Source of the DNA: Magallana gigas
Lineage: Eukaryota
DNA length: 64,000 nucleotides
Assembly: GCF_963853765.1 (NCBI RefSeq)
Contig: NC_088862.1
Location: 26,846,001-26,910,000, forward strand
Direction: 5' to 3'
Shown in pieces: positions 34,783 to 49,679 of the stretch (positions are counted from its first letter, which is position 1; each line of letters starts with the position of its first letter). Under the pieces are notes generated by a model. The model was not told the DNA's origin. It did not search any database and saw nothing but the letters and a program-made list of their open reading frames with translations. A program made the position numbers and the translations under genes.

Positions 34783-36826
34783 TAAACAATAACTGTACCT
34801 CCTTGTGTGTTTGTGAAGTTGCTTTATTGCCGGCTTTTAACTTGAAATAAAATGTATATTTAGACAGTATTATTATGTAGACAGAATTAGATTCATTGTC
34901 ACAAACCAGGGTTTGGAATCTACCAGCTTCTAATTCAGAAAATGTGATAGCGCTGCTTGGTAATCGACGATGAACACAAAGGAAAAATTCTGAACACGAT
35001 TTTTAACCAACGGATACAAGTTTTGTTTCAACGACTCCACATTCTCTGTGTTATTTTTGCTCTTTTCAAAATCAAAATTCCGATAGGTAATCATTCTTTT
35101 GTATATGATGAGAACATAAGACATTAAAATATTCTAAAGACCCTTTGAATTTGATACTTTAGATCGCTTTATTATCAATAGCTTCTTCGTACCTATTCGT
35201 AGAATCATTTCATGTTATAACATTATTCAAGTGTTTAGATGGGAAAATAAAATAAGAGTGTCTTCGCTTTGTGAGAGATCTTTGTTTAAAATTGAAACAA
35301 GAAACATCTTTCTTGGTGACAAAAGACATGCATTCGGTGGACATAAATATTGTATATAATAATAAATATTTGATTGAACATAATTGACGTACGCAATCTA
35401 TCTTATTCTCTACGTTTTCTCTCTCCTTCTCATATCCTTTGTCATAAGAAGGTTATACATGTATGAAAGTATCATTCAGCAGTAAACACACCTCCTTAAT
35501 TGATTTCATTATTTCCTAGCGTAATCACTGTCAGAATCATAAAAATTGATAATTTTTTTCATCGTATACATGTATCACTGTTTATATTTTCCTAAAAAAA
35601 TATTTTGACTCAACGCCTCATTGCGAGATAAAAAGAAAGAAAACTCGAGAACATATATATGCATTTTTTTTAATCCTTGGATATCAAGGGCATAGGAAGA
35701 ATGAAAATACAAATCAAATTTAATGAGATGCCAAGAAGTATTTTCATATCAAACAATTCTTGGAAATTTTAAAATGTTTTAAACATTTGATTAGAAAAAC
35801 ATCATTACTGTAACAAATATTTTAAATTTGAGACAATAGTTAGATAAGGTATACTAAATGATTGAAAACCTCAAATAATGTCATTCATACGTAAACAAAA
35901 AATAAACAAATTGTATCATCATACCAAAAAAACCTCATCGGCACAAACCACGGCTTTGAGTCTTCCATCTTTTAATTCAGAAAATGTGATGTCAAAGTAA
36001 ATCGCTCGTTGGTAATCAACAATAAACACAAATGAAAAATTCTGAACACGATCGTAAGTTTTGTTTCAAAGACTCATCATTAACTTTATTAATTTTTTCT
36101 CTTTTTAAAATCAAAATTTTGATAAGAGTCTTTCTTTGATATGTGATGAACATGCTATATTAATTTTATTATTCTTGAAATTACTATTAAACATAAGACA
36201 TTAAAACATTTTCAAGACTCTTTTTATCAAATGCCCAATTTTGAAGATCGCTGAGTAATCAATAGATTTTTTGTACCTCGTCGTAATGTAATTTCACGAG
36301 AAAGCATTTTTCAAGTGTTTGGAAGAGAAAACAAAATTAAAGTCTCTTCACTCTGTGTGCGATCTTTGTTTAAAAGAATTCGTTGTAGAATTGAAACACT
36401 CAAGCAAAAAAATATTTCTCTTGATGACATAAGACATGCATTTGCTGGACATAACTATTCCAAACAAATGCGGGTGATTGAACAAAGCTGACGGTAGTAA
36501 TCTGTTTCTCTCTATTTTTTCTCTCTCTCCATCTCTCTATCTCTCTTTCCGCACATGAATTGCAAAATGAAGATTTTGGCAAACATACACTTTTTAAGCG
36601 CAATATTTGTTAGAATAGTGATTTATTTCTGCAGAATTATAGTGAAGACATAACGTATATCAATGTATGAAGAATTCCTAAAAACAATATTTTAACACGT
36701 GCCACGGCGCGAGATAAAAGGAAAGATAACTCGAGCTCTTGCATATTTTTTTTAATCATTGAATATCAAAGGCATAGGAGAAATAAAAGTATCATTTAAA
36801 GCAAATATTTCTCTCTCTCTCTCTCG

Positions 36827-36887
<61 letters not shown>

Positions 36888-37021
36888 AGTATGCAAAAGA
36901 GTCAATACCGCCACAATTAATCGCCAAACAAGAAGTAAACTATTTCTATCAAATATTCGATATTTGTAATATAGTATTGATATTTATAAAAACCAATATT
37001 TAAAGTTCTGAAACGTAATGT

Positions 37022-37074
<53 letters not shown>

Positions 37075-39188
37075 GAGTGATGTTTATCATCTATTAATGC
37101 TTCTTTAATGGCGACAACATTGTCTGACAATGTTTACTATCTAATACATTTTTATCGAGGGGCAACCAAAACTTTCCAAACAGCAATGATATCCTAGCCA
37201 ACGTTCTCCTTTTAGTAAAGTAATCCAGATTCTATTATCAAGTGTGCTGCAATTGAACAGAAAATAAATTCAAGCTTTGTAGAAGCATTTTTTGGAAAGG
37301 GCGTAAATTGTTTCTGTAAAGAATGACTAAATTTCAGTTTAGCTCGCTTTTGTGTTTAAGGTATTTATCATCAAATTCGGAGAATTGAAACAGATATTAC
37401 TGCTTTTTTGCTAGATTATTATTTTTTCTTGTAACAAAATTAAAAACTCAAAGATTTCTATCAATATGAATTATTGTATACCTAAAACTCGTTGAAGAAG
37501 AATCTGAAGTTTTTCATTTCTTATGCCAAGTTTGGCTTAAAATGTTTAGTTTTTAATCTCAACTCCGTATTTTATACTATAAAATAAAAATTTATGTCAT
37601 GCACGTGAAATTTAAGATTTAGAACCGTTTTTAAAAGAGTTTGGATTTTTGGTGGGATGTAACTATCTTCTTTGTTTATCAAATATTGGCATCTTTTCTT
37701 CGCATTTGCTAGGAGAAGCTACATGTAATTTATTTCATAGACTTCAAAATCGGAAAGTTATTTGCCAAGATTTGCTCTGTTGTGTGAAATTGACGCTGTT
37801 TTAACGAAATGTACATTTCTGAATGAAGTAAGAGGAGAGTCAATGAGTTCAGTGTACTCATCTTCGTTAGCCAATTATATGACAGCTAACCTAGAGTAGG
37901 CCACGCTTTCATCCCATCGGATTTTATCACGTACCGCCCAAAGTCCAAGCTCTTGTTAAAACATCGGTGTATTTGATCTGTTTCTCAAGTTCTTTGAAAA
38001 ACATGTTTTAAAAGCAGGGCAAATCTTCATAGAACAAAAAAATCCCTTTTTGTCAGCATATTTCACATAGGGTAGAAAACCCTTTACGTAGATACTTTTT
38101 CACACGCGAGTAAACAACTTCAGAGAACAGCAGATAAATGATTGGGTTAACTGAAAATTTTAACATCCAAGCCATCCGAGCAATCAACAACAAACTCCTG
38201 CACTCGTATTCTGAGCAACAAACACCAAAATAAATCAAACAGAAACACAGCGGATAGAGGGCGGCCGACATCGTGAAGACTGTCAAGATGACCGTCAACA
38301 TTCTTGACAACACTATCATCTGGGTTTTTGCACGCATAATACTCTTTGATCCTCCACTAGCCCGGAGTTGACAGGACAATAAATCTGTCTTCAGTGACGT
38401 AATTTTTTTAACATGGAAATAAATGATGATGCAAATTGGAAGAAACAGTAAGTATCCCCGAAACAACAGAACGGTGGGTAGAACGTCCATATCTATGTGG
38501 AAGCGAAGAATGTAGTATACAGTTGAAAAACACACACTCAATATCCAAAGCATCCCTGAAATCTTTAATAACCTTCTCTTTGAGAGGGTTTTGTACTGAA
38601 GAGGTTTTACAACACAATAGTACCGAAGGCCAACAAGAAATACCACATGGGCCGCCGATGCATGAGTAGTTCCAAAAGTTGCTGACATGAAGAATTTTTC
38701 AAATGCAAGGACATCTGCTTTTATTTCAAACACTATAACAACAAGGACAGCGATGCCATATAAACTAACAGTAACCAAGTCACTCATGATTAGCGCAGCG
38801 ATGGCAAAATAAGTCTGTGTGTGTAAACGTTTGTACGAAACAATTTTAGCGAATGCAATGGTATGACCAGCAATTCCACATACTGTCAAGACAGGAATTA
38901 TTACTCTCATGAACGAAGATTCAACCTCAATGTGCACAGGAATCGTGAGGGAAAGATAGCCTTGAATTTGAGAACAATTTCGATCCATTTCTCAGAGTAA
39001 TGCGAGACACCATTTGCTGTGAAAGGTTAAGATCTCCTAAGCAGTTACAAGTGATTCTGCACATATATAATAAATGTAAGACGTATTGGGAACACGATCG
39101 GTTTTAATGTATACTGGTGGGTGGTGTCTTCTTAGCAATTGCATCATCTTTCTAAGAAATATTTTAATCAAAAAGCGTTAATATTACG
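34783..39188. repeat. Tandem segmental duplication unit 2 (4406 bp; holds the empty LTR insertion site near 37513-37520)
   Basis: Collinear with unit 1; TGAAGTTTTTCATTTCTTATGCCAAG versus reconstructed unit-1 empty site TGAAGTTTTTCATTCCTTATGCAAAG. Confidence 0.92.
38053..38988 (-). CDS. Class A-like 7TM receptor, copy 2 (311 aa)
   Basis: 293/311 residues identical to copy 1 by manual count; same motifs. Confidence 0.88.
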   Translation of the reverse strand: MDRNCSQIQGYLSLTIPVHIEVESSFMRVIIPVLTVCGIAGHTIAFAKIVSYKRLHTQTYFAIAALIMSDLVTVSLYGIAVLVVIVFEIKADVLAFEKFFMSATFGTTHASAAHVVFLVGLRYYCVVKPLQYKTLSKRRLLKISGMLWILSVCFSTVYYILRFHIDMDVLPTVLLFRGYLLFLPICIIIYFHVKKITSLKTDLLSCQLRASGGSKSIMRAKTQMIVLSRMLTVILTVFTMSAALYPLCFCLIYFGVCCSEYECRSLLLIARMAWMLKFSVNPIIYLLFSEVVYSRVKKYLRKGFSTLCEIC

Positions 39189-42100
39189 TTATCAATATTA
39201 AGAAATCACGATCCCAATGTCGAGAGTTGAAAACAAACCATTATCTTCTTATGTACTGTATACTGAACTTCAATCAAACTTATCAGCACCTATACACAGT
39301 AAAATTTGTATCAGTTTGAATTTCCAAGTTATGTACAATTAAAATTTGTTAAACACTTCATCACAGTTGTTCTGAATTAAGATATAAAAAGATACTTAAA
39401 ATGACTTTGATTAGTAAAGCCTCGGTAAAACCAATCAAGTTTTCAAAATTCTATAGACAGTTCTCTTAAAGAAACGTCAGCGGTTAGTTACATGTATTAA
39501 GAGTATGATTTGTTATATTACATAAACATTCCCTGCTTTCAAAACCTGCACACCAATTTTGTTGCTTGTGAAACCGACTGGCTGATATAACAGCATATTA
39601 GCTAATGTAGTTTTTGGCGTTATGTTGTACTAAAAAGTATGATTACATAAGATACAGGATAACAAGGTAAAAAAAAAAAAACCAAATACGTGCCTATTAA
39701 TAAATTGTTTTATTTTCTAAGCAAGTGTTTGATAGTTAATGTAATGTACTCTATGGTTATTTTTTACCAGCGGAAGTTCAACTAGTAACAGTACTGTTAT
39801 GTTTTATCCTTTCAAAATTAAAAATATTGTTTTATAATTTTTTCATAACAGCGATCTGATTTTTATATTAAAGCGTTCTCTCAAATACTACAAGAAAAAA
39901 GTTAGAAAGGACATTTTTAACCCCTCACATAAAAATCGTTCTAAAACATTAACAGTAGGAGTGTGCTGAGTGCTGTGTTAAACATTACTTTTAATCTTAC
40001 ATGTAAGCTTAACGGTTTGGTATAACTAAAAACGTGACGTCCTTTATATCGAAAAACCTTCAGGTACATCAAAAAATAAACTTTTTTTATTTACCTTTTT
40101 TTCTATATTCAGCGTAGCGCGAATGCAATATATCGTACGTTGCTCGTGCGCAAAACATGAGATCAAAAACAGACCTTTTTTTTCATTTTTAAACTTTCAT
40201 CAAAATTGAATTTCAGACAATTTGAAATTTTCTAAAATGGTGAGTACGTTCAAAATACGATGCGCAAAGCATTGTGGCCAATTGCATTTTAATACCGAGC
40301 GCAGCGAGAGGCGGGCTATTAATGGTAACACGTAAATATAAGAAAATCAGTGAAAAATGAAAGTTGAATCAGGAGTACTAAGGCCAAAAAAAATTTCTTC
40401 CAGCCCTGGGCGCCGCCATATTGGCAGCCATTTTGTTTTTTAAAAGTTAGTTCGATCATTGATTGACTGGTACTTATCGATGTTTATTGCCCCTAAACTC
40501 GATTAAAATTTTCTAGTGTTTCAATAATAGGTAATTTGAATTAAAAGAAATAAAAGAGGACACCAGATAAGCTTCAATCAAGAAACACGACTAGTTCTAT
40601 GTATATCTTATCAAATTATCAGATGGAGAATAAAAACATTACCATCAAGAACTGAACTTTTAGATACTGAATGAAGTATTCGATTTTATTACCGCGTTAT
40701 TTATATGAATTAAATTGATAAACAATTAAAGAAGAAATTTAAAAAAAGTTCGGAATAACGTTACTCTCTTCGGCTATTTTCGAAGACAAAACGTGTACGT
40801 TTTACGTCTGAAACATGACGTCAAAATGTAGATTGAGCACGCGACGTTTACTTAAACTTTAGCTAATGATTTGAGTAGGCAACCAGGCGGATCCTACTGA
40901 GTGCGTTCAAATAAATTTTGATCTACAAAAATCAAACTGCACTGTGTTATATCTGCGCTCGGTCCAACGGTCACACCGTTTACATATTATTTGTTAATAA
41001 TTAAGCAGTGCAAGTATGAATTATCGATTGAAAAATAAATGTCATTCTACTAAATTTGCGACAATCATAAGAAATTTGTGAGTCATACCAAAAAATAGAA
41101 AAACCAAACTTATATTCTTTAACATATAAATGTACAGAATTTGTACTAAGCAGATTGGAAATTGACATAATTTTAGCGTATGAACTAATTAAAGCATTTG
41201 CCATACAATTTCTTGTCATAAGTATTAAAGCATATTGCATAAGATAAATAAAGCAAGTTGTACTTGCAACAAATTGGAAGAAACACAGAACAGTCTATGG
41301 TTGTGCGTATCCCTTACAGACATTAACATTTGTATGTTCGTGCTTGTTAATTTAAACGTTTTGTCATCTACATTTATTTCAAATATAGCGTTTTCTAACT
41401 TAATTAAATGGCGTCAAGTTATTGTTATGTTATTTTTGTCAGTTCAATGATTGAAATCGTCAGTTATTCTGTTTTTCATTAGCATTACGACTTGCAGGTT
41501 CCTTAAACTTCTTATTTAGTGCATAAAGCTGAACATCGCTTGTAAATAGTCACACAGGTCCCTGGTATATAAACCCTTCGGTTCCGTTACACCCGATTAC
41601 ACACCTAAAACTCGTGGCCGGCGCGTTGTATTCCTTTTGTTGTCTTTGGAATTTATGCATCTTTTTCTTATTTTATGTGTATATAATGTTTGTAAATAAT
41701 GCATTGACCTGTTTATTTGATGATAGTATTCTCCTGAATTAAAAAAATGCGTAACACAGCGAGGGCAGATGTACGTCCACACAGGTGAGACCTCTACAAC
41801 GATATACTTTACACTGTTTTTTTATTACATATGAAAAATATCATCACCTAAGAAAAGAAATATTTCAATATTGAAGACAATGAAATTCTTAATCTTGTAG
41901 GCAAATTTATAAATGATAACATGCTATAGTACTTCTTTTTAAGTGAAGTATTGTTGGAATTAACATTGCTTTTTGCTATAATTGTTATACTTTAATAATC
42001 CTTACACTATTCATTGGCATGTCTTTCTCTTGTAACTATAATAAAATATCATGTACTTGTCTGCTCTGAATTAGAAATAAATGATCTTTATCTATGTAGA

Positions 42101-44751
42101 GGTCATCGGCTTTTATAAGGGTTGCAGGGATAGCCGTGATGAAAGAGACCTTTGGCAGTGTTCAGCTTTATGATATTGTTTAACGGTTTATACTTCGTAA
42201 ACTTTCCAATCCAAAAGGTATTCTTGTAATTCTTTAGCTTTTATTCAAATACATATCATTTAATAATTGTTAGTTTGATATAGGCCCTTCTAATTGGTCA
42301 AAAAATTTCTTCATTGATACTTATATCAATAAAAAAAAATTGCCGAATCTACTTTTCTCATATTATCTGAATTAACACTATTTATAGAACGGGAATTTTC
42401 AAAATAAACATTGTCACCAAATGTTAAGTTGTGCCTGTTTAATTGTCAGCAAACAAAATACAACTTCATGAATATAAACAATTAAAAGTTTAACCTTCAA
42501 AAATAAGCAATACACATTATTTAATTCGCTAAATAGAAAATTCAGCGTCTTCTCACTATTTCGTCTGCTTGAGATCAACGATCAACATTTACGGCGAGAC
42601 TGGCTGATCCTATTCAAGGAATAATAATATCGAACATATAGGCCTACACACTTTCACGGTAACACTGCTGTTCAAATTTGGTAACGATGAGTTTTAAATT
42701 AACAGAGGTACATGATCGATCACCAGAATAAGCATCATAAAGTAAATCAATGGGTAGTGCCTCAACTCTTTTGGCGTATATCCAAGCGATGGATATATCA
42801 TTTTAGTACCTCACTGGCTATCTAGTTATCACATTTTCAAAAGTGGCACATACCATACTACTATTATCAGTCGACATATCAACTATATTTTTCCACGATC
42901 GCGTCTCCTTGCATGTTTATGCCCAGTTGCATATTCCAGCGATCTAGCTCAATTTTAATACCAGTTTAAACGAATCTTGCTGCACAGTGAATAACTTCAC
43001 AAGCCATTGCATGTATTTTCCTTTCGTTTTTCAATTCAGCCCGTTCAGATATCAACATTCTATTTGTGTTTAATCTATTGAATTCATATCAATTGCTCTG
43101 AATCAGTTAAAGGCACATTCATTTCTAATATATTGTTGCTGTTGTTGTTTTGTATTAATACGCGCCGCTTCATTTGATCAACGACATCTCACATTTTATG
43201 ATTTGAAAATGTTTTATCAAATGATAAGAAATAAATTTAATAATTGTTCATATCAAAGGAAAAACCTGACCGGAACACTTTTTCATCGATGCGCTACGCA
43301 ATCAATAGAAAAATTATTAAACTTATTTCTTAAATTTCTATAATACTTTGCATTTCTTGTTAGATAAAGATTTTATGAAAACTAATCTCATTATATTTAT
43401 AACACTGTATTATTATTATTTTTATTATTATTATTAATAATGGCAATAAACCTTATTTCTCAATACCCCAAGCTGCTTGATCGATGTTTATAGTATTGCA
43501 TGGCCAATGAAAACAGCCATCATTATACCATTATATGTATATTAAACGGGAGTAATGATTTCGATTATTAGCGCATGTTCCTTTTTAAAGACAAAATAGC
43601 TTGCTTACAAAACATAATTCGAACTTATTGAGAGCAATATACAATAGTCGTAGATATCAGTCGCAATTGGATAACTAAGTCACTTAAAAGAAATATGCAT
43701 TTTGTTAATTTCTTGAATATTCTTAGTAAAGTTAGGCATAAACTTAGGAAAATTCTTTGAGACGTGATCTTACGACCAATGGCCATGTGTTTATCAAAGT
43801 TGAATAAGTAAGACAGTGTGTTGTCTAAACTCGTGTTAGACGTGCACCATGGTCGTTTTTCCGGAATTCGAACACGACCCTGAGGCTTTTTTCTTTCTTT
43901 TTTTTTTCTTTTTCTTTTTTTTTAACGTGCAAGACATACTGTGAGCCTAAAGCACGAATAAATGCAAGTAATCAAAAATCTATTTACAATTCTAAATAGT
44001 TAATATTTATAGACTATCATTTGACAAGTTGATATATTGACGACTGTTGTACTCACAGGGTTACTGTAGTTTTCTTAATTTAATTTAAAGTTACCAGTTT
44101 CTATAAAAATTAAAATACAAATTACAAAGAAATGTGGGTTTTAATTGATATAACAGGTTCCAGCTCTTTACCGTTGTTCAATATTGAGTTTCTTTTTCAT
44201 GAGAAGCCTAAAGGTACAACAATCTCAATTTAGACCCAGGATTTGATCATTTAAATTAAGTTATCTCACCAGTGCCAACCATAACCTATTTAAGGTGTTT
44301 ACCGATATATTTAAAAAGTTTGATTGATATAGGTTTTCTGTTTCAAATACTGTATCTATCAATTTTACTTTATCAACTAAAAATTTAGCATAATTATGGA
44401 AATGTTTATGTATTTATGTCATACATCAACATTCTCTTGACATTACAGCTTTACAAATACAAATATTGCAGGACAACTTCAGAGACTCTGAATAAGAATC
44501 AGAAATAAAGCTATAAAGATCAAAGATGAAAAAAAGAGATTTGAAAGGGATGAGATATGTTATATGAGTATAAACAACTTGACTGGGGTGAAGCATCATT
44601 AAAAAAAATTTGTCTGCATATTATTATCATACCTAGGATTTATTGGTGAAAAATTACATTCGAAGCGCAGATGGTTTTTATGCTAGAGGTAAAAATCATT
44701 GGTTATTCTTAATCAGAAAGTTAATCTTCCTGAACTTAATCATTCGAAAAA

Positions 44752-44788
<37 letters not shown>

Positions 44789-44976
44789 AATAAATAAACT
44801 AAAAAAAAGAAACGAAACAAACATATTATACTTATTGTATTTGTTGAATTAATTTCCCAAACACAACAATGATAACGAGAATTTAAAAAAAAATGTTTTC
44901 GTTACGTTTGTTCAACGAAAATGTCAAAGTCACTAAAATACACATTTCATTGAACTGCAGAACAGATCCCTTTTTG

Positions 44977-45912
44977 TCAACATATTTCACATAGGGTCGT
45001 AAAACCTTTTGTGAGATACTTTTTCACACGTGAGTATACAACTTCAGAGAACAGCAGATAAATGAATGGGTTAATAGAAAACTTTAAAATCCAAGCCATC
45101 CGAGCCATCAATAACAAACTCCTGCACTCGTACTCCGAGCAACAAACACCAAAATAAATAAAACAGAAAGAAATCGGATAGAGGGCCGCCGACATCGTGA
45201 AGACTGTCAAAATGACTGACACCATTCTTGACATCACTATAATCTGTGATCTTGCACGTATCATTCTCTCCGATCCTCCACTAGTCCGAAGCTTTCGGGA
45301 AAATGAAACCGTCCTGATAACCGTGATTTTCTTTAGATGGAAATAAATGATGATGCAAATTGGAAGACACAGTAAGTATCCCCGAAACAACAGAACTGTG
45401 ACAGCAACGTCCAGATCCGTGTGAAAGCGAAGAATGTAGTATACAGTGGCAAAACACACACTCAATACCCAAAGGATACATGAAATCTTCAATAATATTC
45501 TTTTTGATAATGTTTCATAATGAATAGGTTTTACAACACAATAGTACCGAAGGCCAACCAAAAATACCACATGGGCCGCCGATGCATGCGTAGATCCAAA
45601 AGTTGCGGACATGAAGAATTTTTCAAATAGCTTGACATCTTCTTTTACTTCAAATGACAGATACACGAGGACATGAATGCCATACAAACAAACACTGACT
45701 AAGTCACTCAGGATGAGCGCAGCAACGGCAAAGTAAGTATGTGTGTGTAAACGTTTGTCCGATACAATTTTAGCAAATGCCATGGTATTACCAAAGATTC
45801 CAAATACTGTCAGGATAGGTATTATTACTCTCATAATTGGAGATTCAACTTCCATGTGGACAGGAATCGCAAGAGAAATATTTCCTTGAATTTGAGAACA
45901 ATTTCGATCCAT
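44977..45912 (-). CDS. Class A-like 7TM receptor, copy 3 (311 aa; older paralogue)
   Basis: Same length and motifs (GN in TM1, LxxxD, LRY, NPFIY); more substitutions; only short flanking similarity (~46020-46070). Confidence 0.88.
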   Translation of the reverse strand: MDRNCSQIQGNISLAIPVHMEVESPIMRVIIPILTVFGIFGNTMAFAKIVSDKRLHTHTYFAVAALILSDLVSVCLYGIHVLVYLSFEVKEDVKLFEKFFMSATFGSTHASAAHVVFLVGLRYYCVVKPIHYETLSKRILLKISCILWVLSVCFATVYYILRFHTDLDVAVTVLLFRGYLLCLPICIIIYFHLKKITVIRTVSFSRKLRTSGGSERMIRARSQIIVMSRMVSVILTVFTMSAALYPISFCFIYFGVCCSEYECRSLLLMARMAWILKFSINPFIYLLFSEVVYSRVKKYLTKGFTTLCEIC

Positions 45913-48900
45913 TTTTCTGTTTCCTCGAGAACATCACATTTTTCTTTGAATGTAAATTGCAGCACAGCTATGATATAATTGTTTAGGGAGGTAACGTGAA
46001 AAAAATCGTTTTAACTGATAAAATCTCCTAAGCGGTTGCATCATATCAGAATGAAACACATCTCAGTCAAAAGCGCCTACATTCCGTGCTTATATGTTTT
46101 TGAGATTATGATCCCGAGGCCGACTGGTTGCAAACCTTTAAATAACTCCGTCGACATCTTAACACAATAAACATGTAGGTATTAATTTGATTCCTTCTAT
46201 TTCATGTACAGTTGAAAATCGCCGAGCCCTTTATTGCACTGAATCATGAACATAATACATGTGCCATACAATAAAACGGCCGTGTCCAGAAAATGACCTG
46301 TTTAAATCATTGCACATTATTAAAATTATATAGATAATTCTATAACTAGCGTCAGTGGATAGATCACAAGAGCATGATTTGATAATAATAATCCAAGCTA
46401 GTGTGAACACTCATGTATTGCCTGGCATAACGAAATAACCGCATTGTTGTCGCTACATCCGGACAATTAGTTAATGCAGCACTTGGCGGAGTGGTACAAG
46501 AATGTTCGAGTGCTAGAGACTCGAAATGCCAAACATATATATAGAACATGTAGATAAAGGGTTTCATTCTTTAGGTCCTTGACTTTAAGTGTAAAGTTTA
46601 TTACTGGTGGATTTCCGTTTTAAAAACGTTTGTGATATCTATATTTTTAATGGGTCATGACAACAATGGGTGTGTCATAAAGGTAGCACTTTTTCAGGGA
46701 AACTATTGGACAGAAAAACCTTTTGGATTTTACTAAATAAGTAACCATCGAATCATTATATCTATTATATTCATAATATTATTCATTTATTCATATACAT
46801 GTATATTCATTGTAAAATGATAAAAATGACAATTTACACATCAACTTAATTCCTACAAACAGTTTAAATAAAAATAAATAAAACAATAAAAATTAATTGA
46901 TTTATTCTAATATGTGATAAATGCAATTTTTTCCTACTCGCTAAAGATAATTTTACATTATGAAGAATGTATTACACATTCAATTTGATTAAAAAAATGA
47001 TAGGATGTATTTTATCGATCATTTTATTCTTCATCCAAAAATCATTCTCAAACATTCGAATTCGTGAGAGGTGTTTGAGAATATTTACAGTTACAAAACA
47101 GGTAATTTATAAAACATTTCAGTGTTAGTATGCTGCACGTTTAGAGACCAGTTAGTATGGAAATTATTTTTAAATTTTACTTCTTCTTATGTAGGGAACT
47201 TCATTGTTAACCTGTGCTACATTAGAAAACAGCCATTAAGTCTTTTAACATAAATATCCACAATCTGTTATCACTCTTTTTTCGATTACATGAATTATTG
47301 CAAATTTTCAATGGTCTCTATTATCTGGCCACTGCCAATTTCTGATAATATACATGTTAATTTGTTTGCTTATCAGAATTTCCCATGAGTCTAACAACTA
47401 TTAGATATTTTTGCAGCTACAGAGGCATACTTCATGTTGTCTTATGTAAGGAGGACACACAAACTGAAGAAAATGTCAATTAAACTCGTAGCACATGCAC
47501 TGTGCTATCTCCCGTATACGTATAGGACTAATACTGTACCAACCCTGAGTTCATTCACTTGTTGTTGAACCAAGCCTAAAAAAAACCTTCAACAAAATAA
47601 AAGCACGTTTTAGTTGCTTTTAGACTTTTATCTACACTTTACATTTTACGTGAGTTTGGTGTGCATCAACACCGTATGTGTGATTCCAACTGACGCTAGT
47701 TTACAATTTAAATTATAGAGTGAACAATGAAATAACACAATGAAGGATTGAAAGAGCATGGTCATAATTTAAGTAAAATTTTACTTTTTTCTAATGTCAT
47801 TGTTTACAATGCCTAAGCGATGCATTTATTATGATCAATCAAAGTTTGAGAGTCAGTCGTAGAGTTTTAAGTATGATACAGAGCTTACAATTGTTTGTTA
47901 TGTCAATAAGGCTTGTGCCTTGTTTTTGTTAACATTGATTCAATTTACCAGTAAAGAGCATTTTAGAATCTCTTAATTCTTTGAGCATGAAATAACAGTT
48001 TTGAGTAATTGCCTTATTTATTTTGGTCCAAAATCTAGAAACTTTAAATGTAATCAAAAGAAAACATGGACAGAGCTTTGTTAACATAACAATAAATGTG
48101 CGCATGGCACCTTGCTGATAATTAACTCGACAACTGGCAAACAAAATTTGGTTGACTTAAGAAATGTCTTACTATTAATAATATTGTTAACATTAAAACA
48201 GAAAAATAAATTTTGACCAAATCATGACCATTTTTTTTAACATTATAACATGTAATATTGATGTAAGGAAATTAATTATCAAACAGCTATGAAGTAGTTC
48301 AAAAAATTTAGCAGCATGTACATCAAATAATTTTTTTAAAGATGAAAGATACAGTGTCAAGAAACATAAAACAGTTATTTAAAAGATTACCTGTCCATCT
48401 CTGACTGTGCTTTAGGTAATATAAAGGCTGTGAGGAATTTGAAATGTTGTCGAAATAGAGAAACCTTATTTGTAGCAATTTGCACGAAGTCCGAAAAAGT
48501 TACTTTACACAATAATTAAAAATATTCAGAATGCTAGGGTTAACACAATGACACATCTATACTTGATATCTTGTTTGGTGTAATGGTGTAAACAAAAGAA
48601 TAAAAAAAATAAGAAAAGGTCATCCATTGTTTAATTGAAACATGAAACATGATATATCTTTAAGTTTTAAGACCAATCATTTCATCAAGAAACCAATAAT
48701 AAACATGAATGCCGAATGCCTATGAATATATTATAGTTAAACAATCGGTGTTGGCTCCGGAGTAGGAGGCCTAGTGAAAGTGAAACCTTTACATCGGTCT
48801 GGAAGAAGGAACCTAAAACAATAAATTTGGATATTTGATACTTTACATGCAAATAATTATACATTTTTTGGTGTCGCAGCAATTTACATGCTAAATCTAC

Positions 48901-49679
48901 CAGTTTAGCTTAAAGCATGTTTCATTGCTTTACGCCCCTTTTGATACACCACCTTTTTTGCTCTATTTTAGTATTGGTTAGTTTTTAAATGTTTAACTTT
49001 ATCATTGACAGGGCTACTTGGTGACTTTTTGAATCAACTAGTCAATGTGTACTTTTGGTTTGAATTAACTTTTAGCCCAGCCAATTTATTTCCAGATATT
49101 ACTATGTTATGTATATTTGTTGATGTTGCTAGTCATTTATATGTTAATAGAAGACCGGTACACACAATGAGTATTTATGTCATTATTCTACATGTTAGTA
49201 AGCAAAATACAAGCTCCAAATAGCCAGTGTTTGGTTTTTCTATTGATAGAAAATATTTGTGAATATATATAATTACACATACAGTGTAGAAGGATAAATA
49301 TTGACAAAAGGTTCTGTAATTCTGAAATCTGTTAAATGTAAACACAGTTTTGTTTTGTGTTGTTTGTTCACAGGGATCTTACCGTCTGCGATTATGTGAT
49401 TAACGGTATTTCAACCCTTTGAAGTGCATGAAAAGTGCATGAAATAAAATTCGCTTTGAGAACCGAGAAATGTTTAAACTTAATGTTTCAATTGTCTTTA
49501 CAATATTTCAATCTCAACGCTTTTCCTAAACAGCTGAAAAACTTAATGATATTGCATATAAAATGCTGCAGATGTCACACAAACGTCTTAATCCGCAGAT
49601 GTTGCGTTAGAATTCGTATAATTTAATTTCATATAAAAGTCAGGTGTACGTTTTTTACTATAATCAAGAGCAGAAGATT

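Noticed and set aside
42640-43030. Degenerate coding-like segment
   Set aside because: Multiple stops in all frames; family not recognisable.
44390-44786. 32-nt poly(A) at 44755-44786 as a LINE tail
   Set aside because: Only vague upstream similarity, with no TSD or RT motif; may be a simple A-run.
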